From Flaccisagitta enflata (Eukaryota), in contig OZ231126.1 of the NCBI GenBank assembly GCA_965153355.1, positions 4,836,001 to 4,900,000 on the forward strand: DNA of 64,000 bases, given 5' to 3'. Position 1 is the first letter of the stretch. The number at the start of each line of letters is the position of its first letter. A program made the position numbers and the translations under genes. This document shows, piece after piece, positions 25,277 through 40,785 of the stretch. The notes under the pieces are model-generated. The model had not been told where the DNA came from. It saw only the letters and a list, made by a program, of their open reading frames with translations, and searched no databases.

Positions 25277-27763
25277 TTATAGGGGCCAAAAAGATTCATG
25301 TTTACGCCTCAGATCTTGCTTAAGATCAAAGGGAAAGAGTAAAGATTCACAATTCAAGTGCTCAAGAATTACCTTGGGCTTGATGTAATAAACCGGTTGC
25401 GTGTCACCATCAACATGAAGTTTCTCTGATTTGTTAGAGGGCAGACAAAACACAACAAATTTGTCAGTTTTGATAAGTAACGGATAGACGACAAATGCCT
25501 GGTTGTCTGGCCAGTTGAAATTCGAGTGTGTTTGTAGGATTTGTTCTGAAGACATTCTGTCAACAAAATTTTTGACTTTGGCAACTACTTTCTCTGGCAG
25601 ACGGCAATCATGGCAAAGATGGTCTGAGTGTTCAAAAACCGCCTCCAAGTAGTCTGAGGCTAAGACAGTTTTCAGATTTTCTTCCAAAGGAAATTGTTTT
25701 TCCGCAATAATCATCATCATTTCTTGCAGTATTTCTGCTATGTCAGAGATAGATCCTTTCATGGCAATGCCCGTCTGAATGATTTCGCAGATCATCTGTA
25801 CAAGTCTGAGTTCATCTGCGCTATAGCAACTCTGTAGGATATGCTTCATGAGGTTGAGAATTCTTTGCTTTGAGCGGCTCTGATTGCATTTTCTGCGAAT
25901 TTGTGCCATTGTGCAGCGGAACACTGATAGATGAGTGTCCTGGAGAAGTCCTTTGGTTATTTGAAGTGGAAGGGCAATTTCATCATGACTTAGAAACAAA
26001 GAAATGACATTCTCTCGACTGTTTCGATGGTAGAATTGGAATACTTTCTCATCTTCATCTCCTTTTTCTTCAAGAATGTCCAGTCTCAAAACTAGATTCA
26101 CTTCCTCCTTCTTCAAAAGTTTCTTCAATTCTTTTTTCAAATCGTTTCTGCTCAGATCTTGAAATCCAATGATCGATTGACCATTACAAATGAATACAGC
26201 TTGACCCAGTTTCACAAGGAGATGCATATTATCCTCCAGTACTCTGTAGGCATCAGTTTCTAGGATTTGACGCCGCTCCTCTTTGAGAGCTTCCTTCTTT
26301 GTTGCTGAATATTTCTTATCATTTTCCAGTTGAATGTCAATGGATTTCACAAGCTCAGATTTGATGATCATTCCATTGAGTCCATCTGAAATGTCCAATT
26401 GACTTGCAATGACGTGACTCATGCGGTCTTGATTGAATAGACAGCAGATCAGTGCTGCGTTGATTGGTATGGGAAATGTAGACTTGAGGATATCATTTGC
26501 CTGCCAAACATTGATAATATCCATTCTTTTCGTAACAGCTGACCTTGTTTTGGTAGTGGAAAATGGGAATTTGTTTGCAAATTCTTCACATTGCTTTTCA
26601 TCAAGATTTTTCAGACTGAATTCTATTCTGTCCCGTTCTATTTCATTGAGTATCGGTCTTCCTTCTTCTCTCGTTACAATCAGGAAAACACTCTCCCTGT
26701 AAAAATCTTCATTTCTTTGGAGGTATCTAATGGCATCAACGTGAGAGCGACTTTCATCAAGCCCATCAAGAATCCAGAGAACCGATTTTTGACATCTTCT
26801 TACAGAATGTTTGATTTTCTCCAGTTGTGGTTCTTCAAATTGACCCCGTAAGAATGTGTATTGTTTAAGCAAAGAATCAAATGCATTTTCCTCGGGATCG
26901 GCAACCTTCATTTCAATACGGGCTACAATTTCAAATGAAAGCAAGCATTCTCCTTCCGCCCATTCTAAAACAACTTTTTTGGCCAGTGTTGTCTTCCCTC
27001 GTCCTCCTGCCGCCACCAGTAGAAGGTGTTTGTTTCCCTGCATCACCTCACTTTCAATTGCCAAAGTTAACCCACTGAAAGAAATTCCTTTGAATTCATG
27101 TCCTTCACTGGCTTCCTCCTCGACATCAGGTTCATAATCCGTTGCCCTGACGATATCCTCTGGGTCTTCTTCTGGAATGTCAGCAACATCGTCAAAAACA
27201 TTGTCCTGCATTTCGACGGAATTGTCACCCTCAGCGTTTGCAGCATTGTGTCTCTCCTCTTCTTCTTCCTCGGCGAGGACCGGGTTGACTCGTTGATTCA
27301 GAACAGCATATTTCAAATCCATACGAATTTTTGATGCTGGTATGAGGATGGTTGAATGATCTTTTCTTATATGCTTTTTTAAGGCTTTGGAAAACTTCCT
27401 AAGTAATAGGTTATCAGAGGAATTTTGAGATGCAATCTTGTCGTGACCTCTATGGCAATTGGCCTGGCAGCAATTTACTGTTGTTTTTTTTATGATAGTG
27501 CTTGCAGTGTTCAATTCGGTAATGGTGCTCCCTTTAACTGAACAATTTACGGAAGCAGCTCCATCAGTATGCTTATCTTCTTGTCCTTCATCTTCATCTT
27601 GAGTTTTACCTTTCTTTTGTTTAGCACCTCCTTTGCTGCTTTTTTTCCGTTTTAACACCCCCTCACAGTCCTCAGCTTTCTTGTCGTCACTACAATCATC
27701 CCCGTCATACTCATACTCATCATCAGTAGGACAGTTTGCCCTCCCAGTTTTTTTTGTCGTCAT
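25277..27763 (-). CDS. NACHT-domain (NLR-like STAND) NTPase, single ORF of 828 aa
   Basis: Walker A LLVAAGGRGKTTLAKKVVLEW, Walker B VLWILDGLDE, sensor FLIVTR, IPINAALIC helical motif, WHD-like FQFYHRNSRE; in-frame stop just upstream of the ATG. Confidence 0.88.
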   Translation of the reverse strand: MTTKKTGRANCPTDDEYEYDGDDCSDDKKAEDCEGVLKRKKSSKGGAKQKKGKTQDEDEGQEDKHTDGAASVNCSVKGSTITELNTASTIIKKTTVNCCQANCHRGHDKIASQNSSDNLLLRKFSKALKKHIRKDHSTILIPASKIRMDLKYAVLNQRVNPVLAEEEEEERHNAANAEGDNSVEMQDNVFDDVADIPEEDPEDIVRATDYEPDVEEEASEGHEFKGISFSGLTLAIESEVMQGNKHLLLVAAGGRGKTTLAKKVVLEWAEGECLLSFEIVARIEMKVADPEENAFDSLLKQYTFLRGQFEEPQLEKIKHSVRRCQKSVLWILDGLDESRSHVDAIRYLQRNEDFYRESVFLIVTREEGRPILNEIERDRIEFSLKNLDEKQCEEFANKFPFSTTKTRSAVTKRMDIINVWQANDILKSTFPIPINAALICCLFNQDRMSHVIASQLDISDGLNGMIIKSELVKSIDIQLENDKKYSATKKEALKEERRQILETDAYRVLEDNMHLLVKLGQAVFICNGQSIIGFQDLSRNDLKKELKKLLKKEEVNLVLRLDILEEKGDEDEKVFQFYHRNSRENVISLFLSHDEIALPLQITKGLLQDTHLSVFRCTMAQIRRKCNQSRSKQRILNLMKHILQSCYSADELRLVQMICEIIQTGIAMKGSISDIAEILQEMMMIIAEKQFPLEENLKTVLASDYLEAVFEHSDHLCHDCRLPEKVVAKVKNFVDRMSSEQILQTHSNFNWPDNQAFVVYPLLIKTDKFVVFCLPSNKSEKLHVDGDTQPVYYIKPKVILEHLNCESLLFPFDLKQDLRRKHESFWPL

Positions 27764-28769
27764 TTTGAAGGCATCGGATGCAATTTTATCAAGCTACAGG
27801 TACTCTCATGGTATTAGAAGTATGTAACTGTAGAAAATCCAAGTTGAATGAGCGGCGATCAAGAGGTACAAAGGGTGGTGACGGTATCAAGAGAGATCGT
27901 ATTGACCACAGTTAAAATTGCATGAAGTACCTGTGAAAAAAAAGAGTTATTTTCCGTATTTCTTGAATTTATCGCCCCCCCCCTCTAATTAGCGCCCCCC
28001 CTTTTGATGAGAGAATGACTTAATGACAAATTATCTTTTTAGTTGCGGACACGCAACTCTATAAGAGGCTTTATCTGTCCGTCTGTCCGTCCATCCCTCC
28101 GTCCGTTGGTCCGTCAGCACAAGTCAAAAAGTGGGAAAATAAGTGTTTCAGTTTATTTTTTTGCAAAAACCACATGAGTACAGCCTGTAATACACCAAAA
28201 ACTTAATTTCTTAGTATTTTACTGTACTGAAATATAAAAGATTTGTCAAAAAAAGTGAATTTAATGTAACATCTTCTACATTAGATAACGATCTCTTTGT
28301 TTTAATTTATAGAGTTAAAATTGAAACGCGTCATGCGTAAATCACCACCGATCTAGGCTTTCTTGGGTTTGTTTGACGGAGATATGTTTTCTCTCGCGGC
28401 CCTTGCTAACTAGAATTGTCATTTGTTTATTTGTAATAGATAATAGGTATATATATATATAAACAATTGATGATTGACAAACACAACTTTACGTTCAGGG
28501 ACTGAAAGGTCAACTTCAGAGAAGTCAGTCAAAATCATTTTAAAGCGTCTATGTTATGGTCAAAACAAGTGTTGTTCTCAAAAACCTTCATCTTTAGAGG
28601 TTATTTCACTTTTCTTACACGATCTACTTCCTAACGAGGATGAACACTCATGGTAAAGCGTCTTTTTAAGAGGCTTTTTCTGCGTCACTCTGCGCGTCTC
28701 ACTCTGTTGTAACAAGTTGCACACGTGTACCAAAACAAACTGAAGATGATCTTTTTAGGATTTGGTACC

Positions 28770-28995
28770 AAAATGTCCCCTTTTCAATCTCCCTTACATT
28801 ATTGTCCCTTCCAAGAAATGTCCCTTCAAAAATGACCCCAACTTTAGATGTCCCTTCAAAAATGTCCCTTCAAAAATGTCCCTTCAAAAATGTCCCTTCG
28901 AAAATGTCCCTTCAACAATGTCCCTTTAAAAATGGCCCTTCAAAAATGGCCCTTCAAAAGTGGCCCTTCAAAAATGGCCCTTCAAAAAATGTCCT
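28770..28995. repeat. 13-14-bp tandem repeat AAAATGTCCCTTC
   Basis: Directly visible. Confidence 0.9.
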
Positions 28996-29258
28996 CTGAG
29001 GATAAGGAAGTTTCACAAGTGAAGCTCCGTAGGAAACGTTTGCGAATCTCAGTTGCCGAGACTCCGCCAAGAAATCGAAAATGATTTCATGTTATTTCTA
29101 TTTTTCTCGAGGATTGAATTGTATTAATTTTGATATTCAACTATCTTTGAATAAAGTGAATTGTTGAAATTTTTTGTTGGCAACGTTTTACGAGTACAGA
29201 ATTTCATAGAAAAAAAAAGAATTTACAGGAAATAGGGATAAAAGCGGGTGCTAGCAGA

Positions 29259-30306
29259 CTAACCATGGCAAAAAAAAAAAAAGTAGACGCAATGTTTTGA
29301 TTGTTGATTGCTTGGTAACTAAAAATGGTAAACCCTTAAAATCTATGATGGTTTTAAAGAGCTTCGAAAGATCTTTTATTTGAGCTCTTTCTGAACATTC
29401 TAGCTTCAAAATTTTAGAAGTTATGATATTCTAAAGACAACTACTCAAAAATCTTGAATATGTTTAGAAATGTTTTTAGAGTAACCAACTTTGAATTAAT
29501 ACAGCCTTTAAACGAAGCGGAATCAAGAATTTTGCTTGGTTTCATCTTGTAGAGAATTAAAAATACTTCATTTTACCTTAATTTATTCCATTTATTTCAT
29601 TACTTTTAGAGTAGTAGATCTCCCAGACTGAGATAACGGGCAAAGTAATAAACAAAGAGGAGTTATATTTCACATGAATAACGGGATCTTTATTGCCATG
29701 ATAGCTGGTTGTATGGTCATTATTCCATAATGCAGTATTTTGAGAGAGCAGAACTTGAAATACGCTACAATACACAGTATGTTGTAAGAATGTGCCTGTC
29801 TAGCGGTTGCTAGTTGTCACATGGATACGCTGCCAAAAAAATTCTTACAGAACATACTGTGTTAGAAAAATTTTTTTGAGCAATGTTCAAAAACTCAAAA
29901 TATTGATACTTTGCTGAATACATGGAAATGTGTTCACATGAACCAGCTATCATGGGAATATCATATTTTGATTAGTCACATCCAAATATCGCTCCCCTGC
30001 CTTCATTCGTCTTTCCACAATGCTTGCCCCCATCATCTCAAGTCTAGACGAGATCTACTGTAAGTAAAATAGTGCCTTGTTCAAGGATGTTGAAATCTGC
30101 TCTTTTTGGCATTTTGAAAAATGAGTGTTGAACTTCAATCTTATGTCATTTCTAAACGACTTGAGTCACAAATTTCTGCTTGGTCTAGATTTGCAGAGTT
30201 TTTGAAGCTCTTTAAAAAGCTCATAGATTTTAAGCAAAAAGTGTGACTGGTTTTCAATTAAATGATAAAAATTGAGCGTCTACTTTTTTTTTTTGGCCAT
30301 GGTTAG
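29259..30306. mobile_element. TIR element (AACCATGGC-A-run-GACGC ends) with nested MITE at ~29610-30062
   Basis: Inverted termini; related shorter copy at ~14394-14979. Confidence 0.7.
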
Positions 30307-31733
30307 ATGAGACACACAGCTTAAAAGAGGAGCAGATTTGCTTCGCTGGACGGGAGACTCCTATATAACGGTGATTGAGGAGGATTCAAAAAAAAACTCT
30401 GCCTTAGATGTAATGATGTAAATATATGAAAGAAAGAATAATCATCGTTAACTTTATCACTGTCATTGTCAGCGTCATCGTCATCGTCATCACCTTGATT
30501 TTCATCTATTTCATGTGAGGGACGATATAGATGTAACCAGATGAATGCAGAAGCCCCATATCTAGCCCAATACGGCATATTTCCTCACCTTACGTGTTTA
30601 AAAGCGGCGATATTAAAGGCTAAACCTCTCTCAAAAATTTTCCCTCCATTATTTCCATATGATGCAAGTCAGACTTTGAGTCGAAGATATCGCGTGACCA
30701 GGAAACAAAGGAGCTTCAAATGGAATAAAAGAGGAGCCACAGCGAGGGAGATTTCCCTCGCTGGATGGGAGCTCGCCTGAAGAAAGACAATTTAAGAGGA
30801 TTAAAGATACTTTAAGCATCCAGGCAAAACTAGTAAGATACGAAAGAAAGTATTATCTTCCTTCTCCTCCTCATCCGTCTCCTCCTCCTCATCGACGTCA
30901 TTGTCATCGTCATCGTCCACATCATTGTCATCACCTTTGTTTTCATAAAATTGATCTTCTCGAATTTATAAAAAGACAGAATCATGAGCGTGAAGCTTCT
31001 TCATGCGTGACGAAGGATGAAGAAGAAGCGAAGTCGTCGATTCTGAAATTGAGAGTAAAGAAGAGACAATGAATGAGTTTGGAAGGTTGTAACAAGTACC
31101 ATACGACTAAAAAAAAAAGACGCACTTTTGGATGGCTAATGTTACTTATGAATCAATGCAAAACTTTTTAAAATCTTAGGTCTTAGGTCATTGGAGTGCC
31201 CTTCAAAAGTACTTTCATTTGGCTCCAATCTGGTATTGCTATCTTTTTTCGTTTAGAAATGGCATTAGTTTGAGTGAAAACATTGCTCATTTCAATTTTG
31301 CAATCCCTATGTAAAATCGTATTTTAGCAAATTAGTGCTTCTCTTTACAAGGCTCTAGCTTCTAAACCGTTTGAGATAGAGCTAGGATTGGTCTAGATTG
31401 AAAGATTTTTCAAAAATATTTCCAAATGTCTTCTTTGAAAAAAATTTAAAATAAATTTTCATACTTGTTTTATCAATTCATAAACAGGTACAGAGTCGAG
31501 TGGTAGTGACAGAGAGATTTTGAAATGGGCAAAACAAGGCCGTATTTACGGCAACCGTAGTAGACTGCAGTGATTTAGAAAGCCATTCAGGAACTTTGGC
31601 AGGAGTGTCGACCCCAAAAACACAGAAATAGAAAAATGTGACGGACCGATGGTTAGACAAAAGTGGATTACAGAGTCGTGTATCACGCGACTTAAAAGGT
31701 GTCATTATCGAGCAGAGAGCACATGTAAAGGAA

Positions 31734-32076
<343 letters not shown>

Positions 32077-32348
32077 ACTGAGGGCAAAGCATCGTGACGT
32101 TAAACTTACCACAAATGCGTCTAAAATCAAACGCCAATTCCATACAGTCTTCGGTTATCACACGGCGCACAATTTTTGTGGCAGATCTTTGTGGCTTAGA
32201 GCAAAGGTCACCTAAACAAAGATGCCGATGAAATTAAGTATAGATTATTCGTTGCTTCTAAGCCAAACAATAGTCAATACTTAAATGATGTAATGAAATT
32301 AAATCAAAAATCATAATCGTCGAGGTTGCCGTTGTCGTTGCATTGCGT

Positions 32349-32433
<85 letters not shown>

Positions 32434-32740
32434 AGAACTTACCACAGTGCGTAGAAATGATCCATCCACTTCTAAAATGAAACGTCCGTTTAAATGCAGT
32501 CTTGGGTTATCCAAAAAGCGAAAATAAATCATTCAAAAAGATTTGGAGCGGAGAAATGGTGGACGCATGATGGAAGGAACCTAGTACCTTGATACGGACC
32601 CTCGGCGCGAGAAAGTAACAGACGTTCCGAAAAAGCTGAAAGAAATGTTACCTCGATAAATCAATTTTTTTATATCTTATACTATTTTTGCCGTGAGCTT
32701 TTCTTGATTATTTATAAACATTTAATGTTTTTATGGCCGG

Positions 32741-34039
32741 CACAGCGTTACGATACATAGACAAAGACAACTTTGAGTGCCCAGAGCTGAGAGTGGTTCA
32801 GAAGTGTTCTGTGATACTTGGTGAATACCTATCACCCGGTGGTAAATTTTTTTGAAAGCAAAGTTTTTAAAAAATGCCTTTTAAGCAAAAAAAAAAGATG
32901 TTTTTTTAGCATTTCTTTAAGATTAGGTTATAACAGTAGCTTTTGAAATACTAATGAATACTATAAATGCGTATTTTTAGTTGAAGTTTACACACTTTTA
33001 CCTTAAACAGCAAGTTACATGAGATATTTTAAAGATTAAAGCTTAATAATAGCCTAAAAAAAGTAGAATATTGATTTTTTTAGTATTGTAAAGCCTAAAT
33101 TTGATCAGGCAGCATCAAAAACCCTGGAAAATCCTGGGAATGTCTAGTGTTATCTAAAAATCAAATACTTTAACCCTAAACATTAAGTGATTAGGGATAT
33201 TTTCAAGTTTACAGCTCAAAAATAGCCTAAAAAACGTTAAATATTGATTTTTTTTTTTTTGCTTTGACGAAAAGAATATCTTGAAAAAATTCTCATTAAA
33301 AGTCAAGGTATTTATACTTCAACTATTACCACAGAGCGCTAGTATCATTCAAGATTTTATAAGCTGCTTAAATGTTAGCTTAAATGTTGAGAAAAATAAA
33401 TATTTTGCCTTTTTCAGGTTATCTTTAAGCTCTAAACTGCAAAGTATCCCAAACTACTTGCTATTCAGGGTAAAAATATGTATACTTTATTTGTTAGCAG
33501 ACATATCCAAGATTTTTCAGGATTTTTAGAACTGTATGAATATTTAACTTGTAAATGCTTAAAAAAAAAGCAGTATTTTTCTGTTTTTAGACTTTTTTTT
33601 CAGCTCCAATCTTGGAATATCCTTGTTAACTTGTTGTTAAGGGTAAGTGTATTTCTACTTTAACTATCACTACACATTTCCAATATTTTCAAATTTAGGC
33701 TCTAATATACAAAAAAAAACATATTTTCATTCTTTTTAAGCTCTAATCTTTAAAATATTGCAAGAAACTTGCTGTATTAGGTTAAAGTATGTATATTCTA
33801 ACTATAACTACCCATTTCTATTATTTTTGAGGATTCGTGAAGCTGCTTTTACAATTTGATGCTAAAAAAATACTGAAAATACCCTTTTTTTACCTAAAAA
33901 ATAGTTTTTTTCAAAATTTTGCTTTCAAAAAAATTTACCACTGGGTGATTGATATTCACCAAGTATCATGGGACACTTCTGAACCATTCCCAGCTCTGGG
34001 CACTCAAAGTTGTCTTTGTCTATGTATCGCAATGCTGCG
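32741..34039. mobile_element. Long-TIR (~150 bp) non-autonomous element
   Basis: CACAGCGTTACGATACATAGACAAAGACAACTTTGAGTGCCCAGAGCTG... mirrored at ~33900-34039; no clear TSD. Confidence 0.8.
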
Positions 34040-34455
34040 ATGGGAAAATATTGGCGCTAATAACCGTCGTGAGCATCAGTGGCCCCATTCACTAGCTTAT
34101 GTCTTCATGATCCTTCGTTTTTGTAATCATTTGATTGAAACAAAACTGTTATGTTTTACGGTGGCTAATTTGAGGAAAAATTGAATGAAATAAACTAAAG
34201 ACTAAATTCAATCAAATTAGCTAAACATATGTCAATCATTTGATTTATCAGAAATCCTGTGTTGTAAATTGAAGACTTCAAATCTAGTTTGCTACTCCAC
34301 TGGATTTATGTTTATATCTGCTTTGTGAATTGTGTTCATACATCAGTGGAATGATTCCAATTTTTTTTTCTGATGGTTAACCTTAATCTCCTTGTGAAGG
34401 TGTACATGTATGCGAAATGGGAAAACCATTGCATGTCTCCAACTTTTGATTAAAA

Positions 34456-34616
<161 letters not shown>

Positions 34617-34856
34617 CACACACAGAGACAGAGACAGAGGGAGAGAGAGAGAGAGATACAGAGACAGAGACATAGAGATAAAGAACGAATGAAAGAACGA
34701 AAGTAAGACATAGCGGAAGACAGAAAGAAATAGAGAGAGTATTGGTTCTACGAAAAAATCAATCAATAGCCTTTCTTTCTCTTTTCCTATTGCATGATGC
34801 ATATGCCGTTTCTTTGTTTTATCTTTGTTTCTTTCTCTTTCTCTCTCTCTCTCTCT

Positions 34857-34902
<46 letters not shown>

Positions 34903-35013
34903 CTTCTCTCTTTCGTTGCCTGACTTTCTTCATTTATTTCTTTCATTCTTTTTTCCTTTCCTTCTATCTCTCTTTCTATCGTTCCATTTCTTTTTACCTT
35001 TTTTTCCCTTTTT

Positions 35014-35048
<35 letters not shown>

Positions 35049-35049
35049 C

Positions 35050-35088
<39 letters not shown>

Positions 35089-35284
35089 CTCTCTTTCTTC
35101 ATTTCTCTCTCTTTCTTTCTCTTTTTCGTTCTTTCTAGTAGCGGACACTCAACTGAACAAGAGGCTTTGATAGTCTCGTGGATGGTGGTCTCGAGTTCTT
35201 GCTTTCCTTTCTTTCTTTTTTACTTTGTTCCTGTCATTCATTTTCGAACTTTCTCTTTTACCTTTTTGCCATTTTTTAATTTTT

Positions 35285-36798
35285 AGCCGCGTGCTTCGCG
35301 ACTCTACATCCTGCTTTGTCGGTCCGTCGGTCCGTCCTTCCGTCGGTCCGTCGGTTTGTCCGTCCGTCCGTCCCTCCGTCCATCTGTTCGTCCGTCCGTC
35401 CGTCCGTCCGTCCGTCCGTCCGTCCGTCCGTCCGTCCGTCCGTCCGTCCGTCCATCCGTCCGTCCGTCCGTCCGTCACACTTTACTTTTTGGGCAGCGGC
35501 CCCGAAGGGGTCGATGACCTATGCTTTCACACATATGGGGGATTCTCTCCTTCCTTCTTTTGGGCAGCGGCCCCAAAGGGGTCGATGACCTATGCTTTCA
35601 CACATATGGGGGATTTTCTCCTCCTCCTCCTCCTCCTTCTTCTCCGTCCACCCCCCTCAAATCCCAGTCCCGAGGCCCAAATTCCAGTCTCGAGGCCCAA
35701 ATCCCAGTCTTGAGGCCCAAATCCCAGCCTCAAGGCCCAAATTAGCCTCAAAGCCTAAATCCTAGCCTGGAGGCCCAGATTTCAGCCGTAGCCCAAATCT
35801 CAGCCTCCTCAAGGTCAAAATCTCAGCCAGGAGGCCCAGATCCCACCTTGAGGCCCAAATCTCAGCCTCCAGGCTAGGATTTGAGGCTTGAGGCTAGGAT
35901 TGGGGCATTGAGGCTGGGATTTGAGCCTCAAGACTGGGATTTCGCCTCGAACTGGAATTTGGGCCCGGGACTGGGATTGAGGGGAGGACGGAGAAGGAGG
36001 AGGAGGAAGGAGGAGGAGGAGAAAATCCCCCATATGTGTGAAAGCATAGGTCATCGACCCCTTCGGGGCCGCTGCCCTGCTCCCCCCTCAACTTCAACCG
36101 CAACCAACTTAGGCAGGGCACGGGTACCGCTGACCATCTAACGCTTTTGCGACTATTCCTTCTCCTTCTACGTCCCCCCCTCAAATCCCAGTCTCGAGGC
36201 CCAAATTCCAGTCTCGAGGCCCAAACCCCAGTCTTGAGGCCCAAATCCCAGCCTCAAGGCCCAAATCCTAGCCTCAAGGCCTAAATCCTAGCCTGGAGGC
36301 CCATATTTCCGTCTTGAAGCCCAAACCTCAGCCACAACGTCAAATTCTCAGCCAAGAGGCCCAGAACCCAGCCTTGAGGCCCAAATCTCAGCCTCCAGGC
36401 TAGGATTTGGGCCTTGAGGCTGGGATTTGGGCCTTGAGGCTGGGATTTGGGCCTCGAGACTGGGATTTGGGCCTTGAGACTGGAATTTGGGCCTCGAGAC
36501 TGGGATTTGAGGGGGAGGGACGGAGAAGGAGGAGGAGAAGGAGGAGGAGAAAATCCCCCATATGTGTGAAAGCATAGGTCATCGACCCCTTTGGGGCCGC
36601 TGCCCTGCTCCCCCCTCAACTTCAACCACAACCTACTTAAGCAGGGCACGGGTACCGCTGACCATCTAACGCTTTTGCGACTATTTTGGGTTCATGCGGT
36701 CTTTGGCCTCACTGCTCCTGCCCAAATGATCAAGTGACCTCAAATACAGCCCCTGCCCACCCACACGCGACTGGGGTAGCCGTGTATCCGGTCTTGTT
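35285..36798 (+). mobile_element. Family A element with two nested family-B (GGGCAGCGGCCCC) elements
   Basis: Family A is interrupted in its T-run at ~35486 and resumes at ~36686; family B has inverted ~50-bp subterminal blocks, 21-bp internal repeats and a 3' tail; other B-like copies at ~4817-5400, 11650-12290, 19057-19318, 20092-20353, 21093-21390, 23560-24100, 46341-46981. Confidence 0.75.
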
Positions 36799-36850
36799 CT
36801 ATTAAAGAGAAGAAATTTTAGAATCTTTTGAATTCAAATTGAAATCTCCG

Positions 36851-38825
<1,975 letters not shown>

Positions 38826-38847
38826 AGAGAGAGAGAACTCTTACTCT

Positions 38848-38937
<90 letters not shown>

Positions 38938-39208
38938 CAAGGAGAAACTAGAAACTATGAGAGATAAACCGAAGGAAGGCAGGCGTAGAAACTGGAAATG
39001 ACACCCTGATTTTACAGACCCAAGAGTAACAAAAATCCGCCAATAACTGCTAGGAAAATACAATTCCCTCGTTCCCTCACATCAGTTTTACTGGGGTTTG
39101 ACTGTACAATCTGTATACCCAGTATAGCCGAGAGTATAGAAGAACAAATAAGGTTCTCAGAACACAGTCATACAGACAGCTCTACTAACTGTTGACAGAA
39201 ACGGTTTC

Positions 39209-40181
39209 GGCCAGGAATCCCGTTGGAGAAAATCTCAATTCTAAGGGTTATGAAAAAAATAAAATAGACCCATCATAAATTTTTGCATGTGGGTCCTAAA
39301 AAGCATGTAGAACAAGAATCTGATACTTATTTTGGCCTTTCATGAGCCAAAAAAAAAAAAAGAAACGGTTTTTTGTGCCTAAAACAGCTATTTTTCCTAA
39401 AAAAATAGTATCAAATGAAATATTTTGGACTTTTTTGTACAGAAACATAAAGTACCAATAGTAATTGATATTTGAGTGAATATAGAACAATTTTGAATAG
39501 GTCTTTTAGGTTCAAAAATATCATTAAAGTGCTGAAAAATGGAGAAATGACCTAAAAATTGAAAAATCGTCAAAACTGATGTTTTGGAACAGTTTCTTAG
39601 GGTAAAATATGCTGTCACTGAGCATTTCATTTATTTAGTTAAAAAAACATGGCCACAATAACCGAAAATGCGAAACGGCAGTATGCAAATGAGATCTCAT
39701 TTGCATATTGCGGTTTTGTGTTTTTCACTTATCACGGCCAAGTTTTTTAAGTAAATTGATGAAACTCATACTGACAGCATATTTTACCCTTAGAAACTGT
39801 TCCAAAACATCAGCTTTGACAATTTTTCAATTTTTAGGTCATTTCTCCACTTTTGAGCACTTTAATGCTATTTTTTAACCTCAAAGACCTATTCAAAATT
39901 GTTCTAGATTCACTCAAATATCAATTACTATTGGTACTTTATGTTTCTGTAAAAAAAAAGTCCAAAATATTTCATTTGATACCATTTTTCTAGGAAAAAT
40001 AGCTGTTTTTTACCACAAAAAAACAGGTTTTTTTTTGTTGTTTTTTTTTGCTCAAGTTAGGTCAAAATGAACATCAGAATCTTGTTTTACAGCCTTTTTA
40101 GGTCCCCTGTGCAAAAATCTGGGATGGGTCCATTTTTTTTTTCTTTTTTATTTAAGAATTTTGCAAGTGGGAATCCTGGCC
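39209..40181. mobile_element. Foldback element, ~970-bp spacerless palindrome
   Basis: Ends GGCCAGGA(A/T)TCCC; arms pair through the centre ATGCAAATGAGA|TCTCATTTGCAT at 39694/39695. Confidence 0.85.
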
Positions 40182-40370
40182 GGTTTGCGGTAAAAAAGAA
40201 TCAAACGAGACAGGGAAAGAGTAGAGACGAGAAAGACAGCTCAAGTCCAGATATAGACTGACTTAGATGAAAAGGATAGACTGAGACAGGATTGGGGTAA
40301 GAGGCCTGGATGTCAATATTGTAGTGGTCCTAGCATATCAATAATGACAGAGGTGGAAAATCAATGAATA

Positions 40371-40785
40371 CACTCTTTTTTTTTATAAGAACGTCATTTT
40401 TTTTTTGAAGGCTTCATGTTCTTATTTTCAAGGCCGAATAAAGCCTTCAACGTTCTTAGAGTGTTCTTAATTTTATATACTATGTAAACTATTAAAAACC
40501 TTATAATATACTATTACTAGATTATATTAAATATGTTTTTATCGAATACTGTTTAAAGGAATGCTAATCATTAAAGTTTTGGAATATTTATTTGAAGATT
40601 TTGAAATATTATTTTAATTATACTAAAAGTTCAAGTGTTTTTCAATGTTTTTTGCATATTATTATAAGCAAAATTTTTTTTCTCAAGATTTGAAGCCTTT
40701 GTATGTTCTTAAGATGTTCTTAATTTTGGAGCAATTTGAAGCCTTGATGTTCTTAAAAACTAGGTTCTTATAAAAAAAAAGAGTG
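40371..40785. mobile_element. TA-flanked MITE (Tc1/mariner-like)
   Basis: TA|CACTCTTTTTTTTTATAAGAAC ... GTTCTTATAAAAAAAAAGAGTG|TA. Confidence 0.8.

Noticed and set aside
35486-35560. Family B as a tRNA-derived SINE or RNA gene
   Set aside because: No clear A/B boxes, cloverleaf or TSD; inverted subterminal blocks fit a DNA or rolling-circle element better.
36839-36924. N-terminus of the 418-aa ORF
   Set aside because: Read-through of (CT)n; the element is 5'-truncated at 36925.
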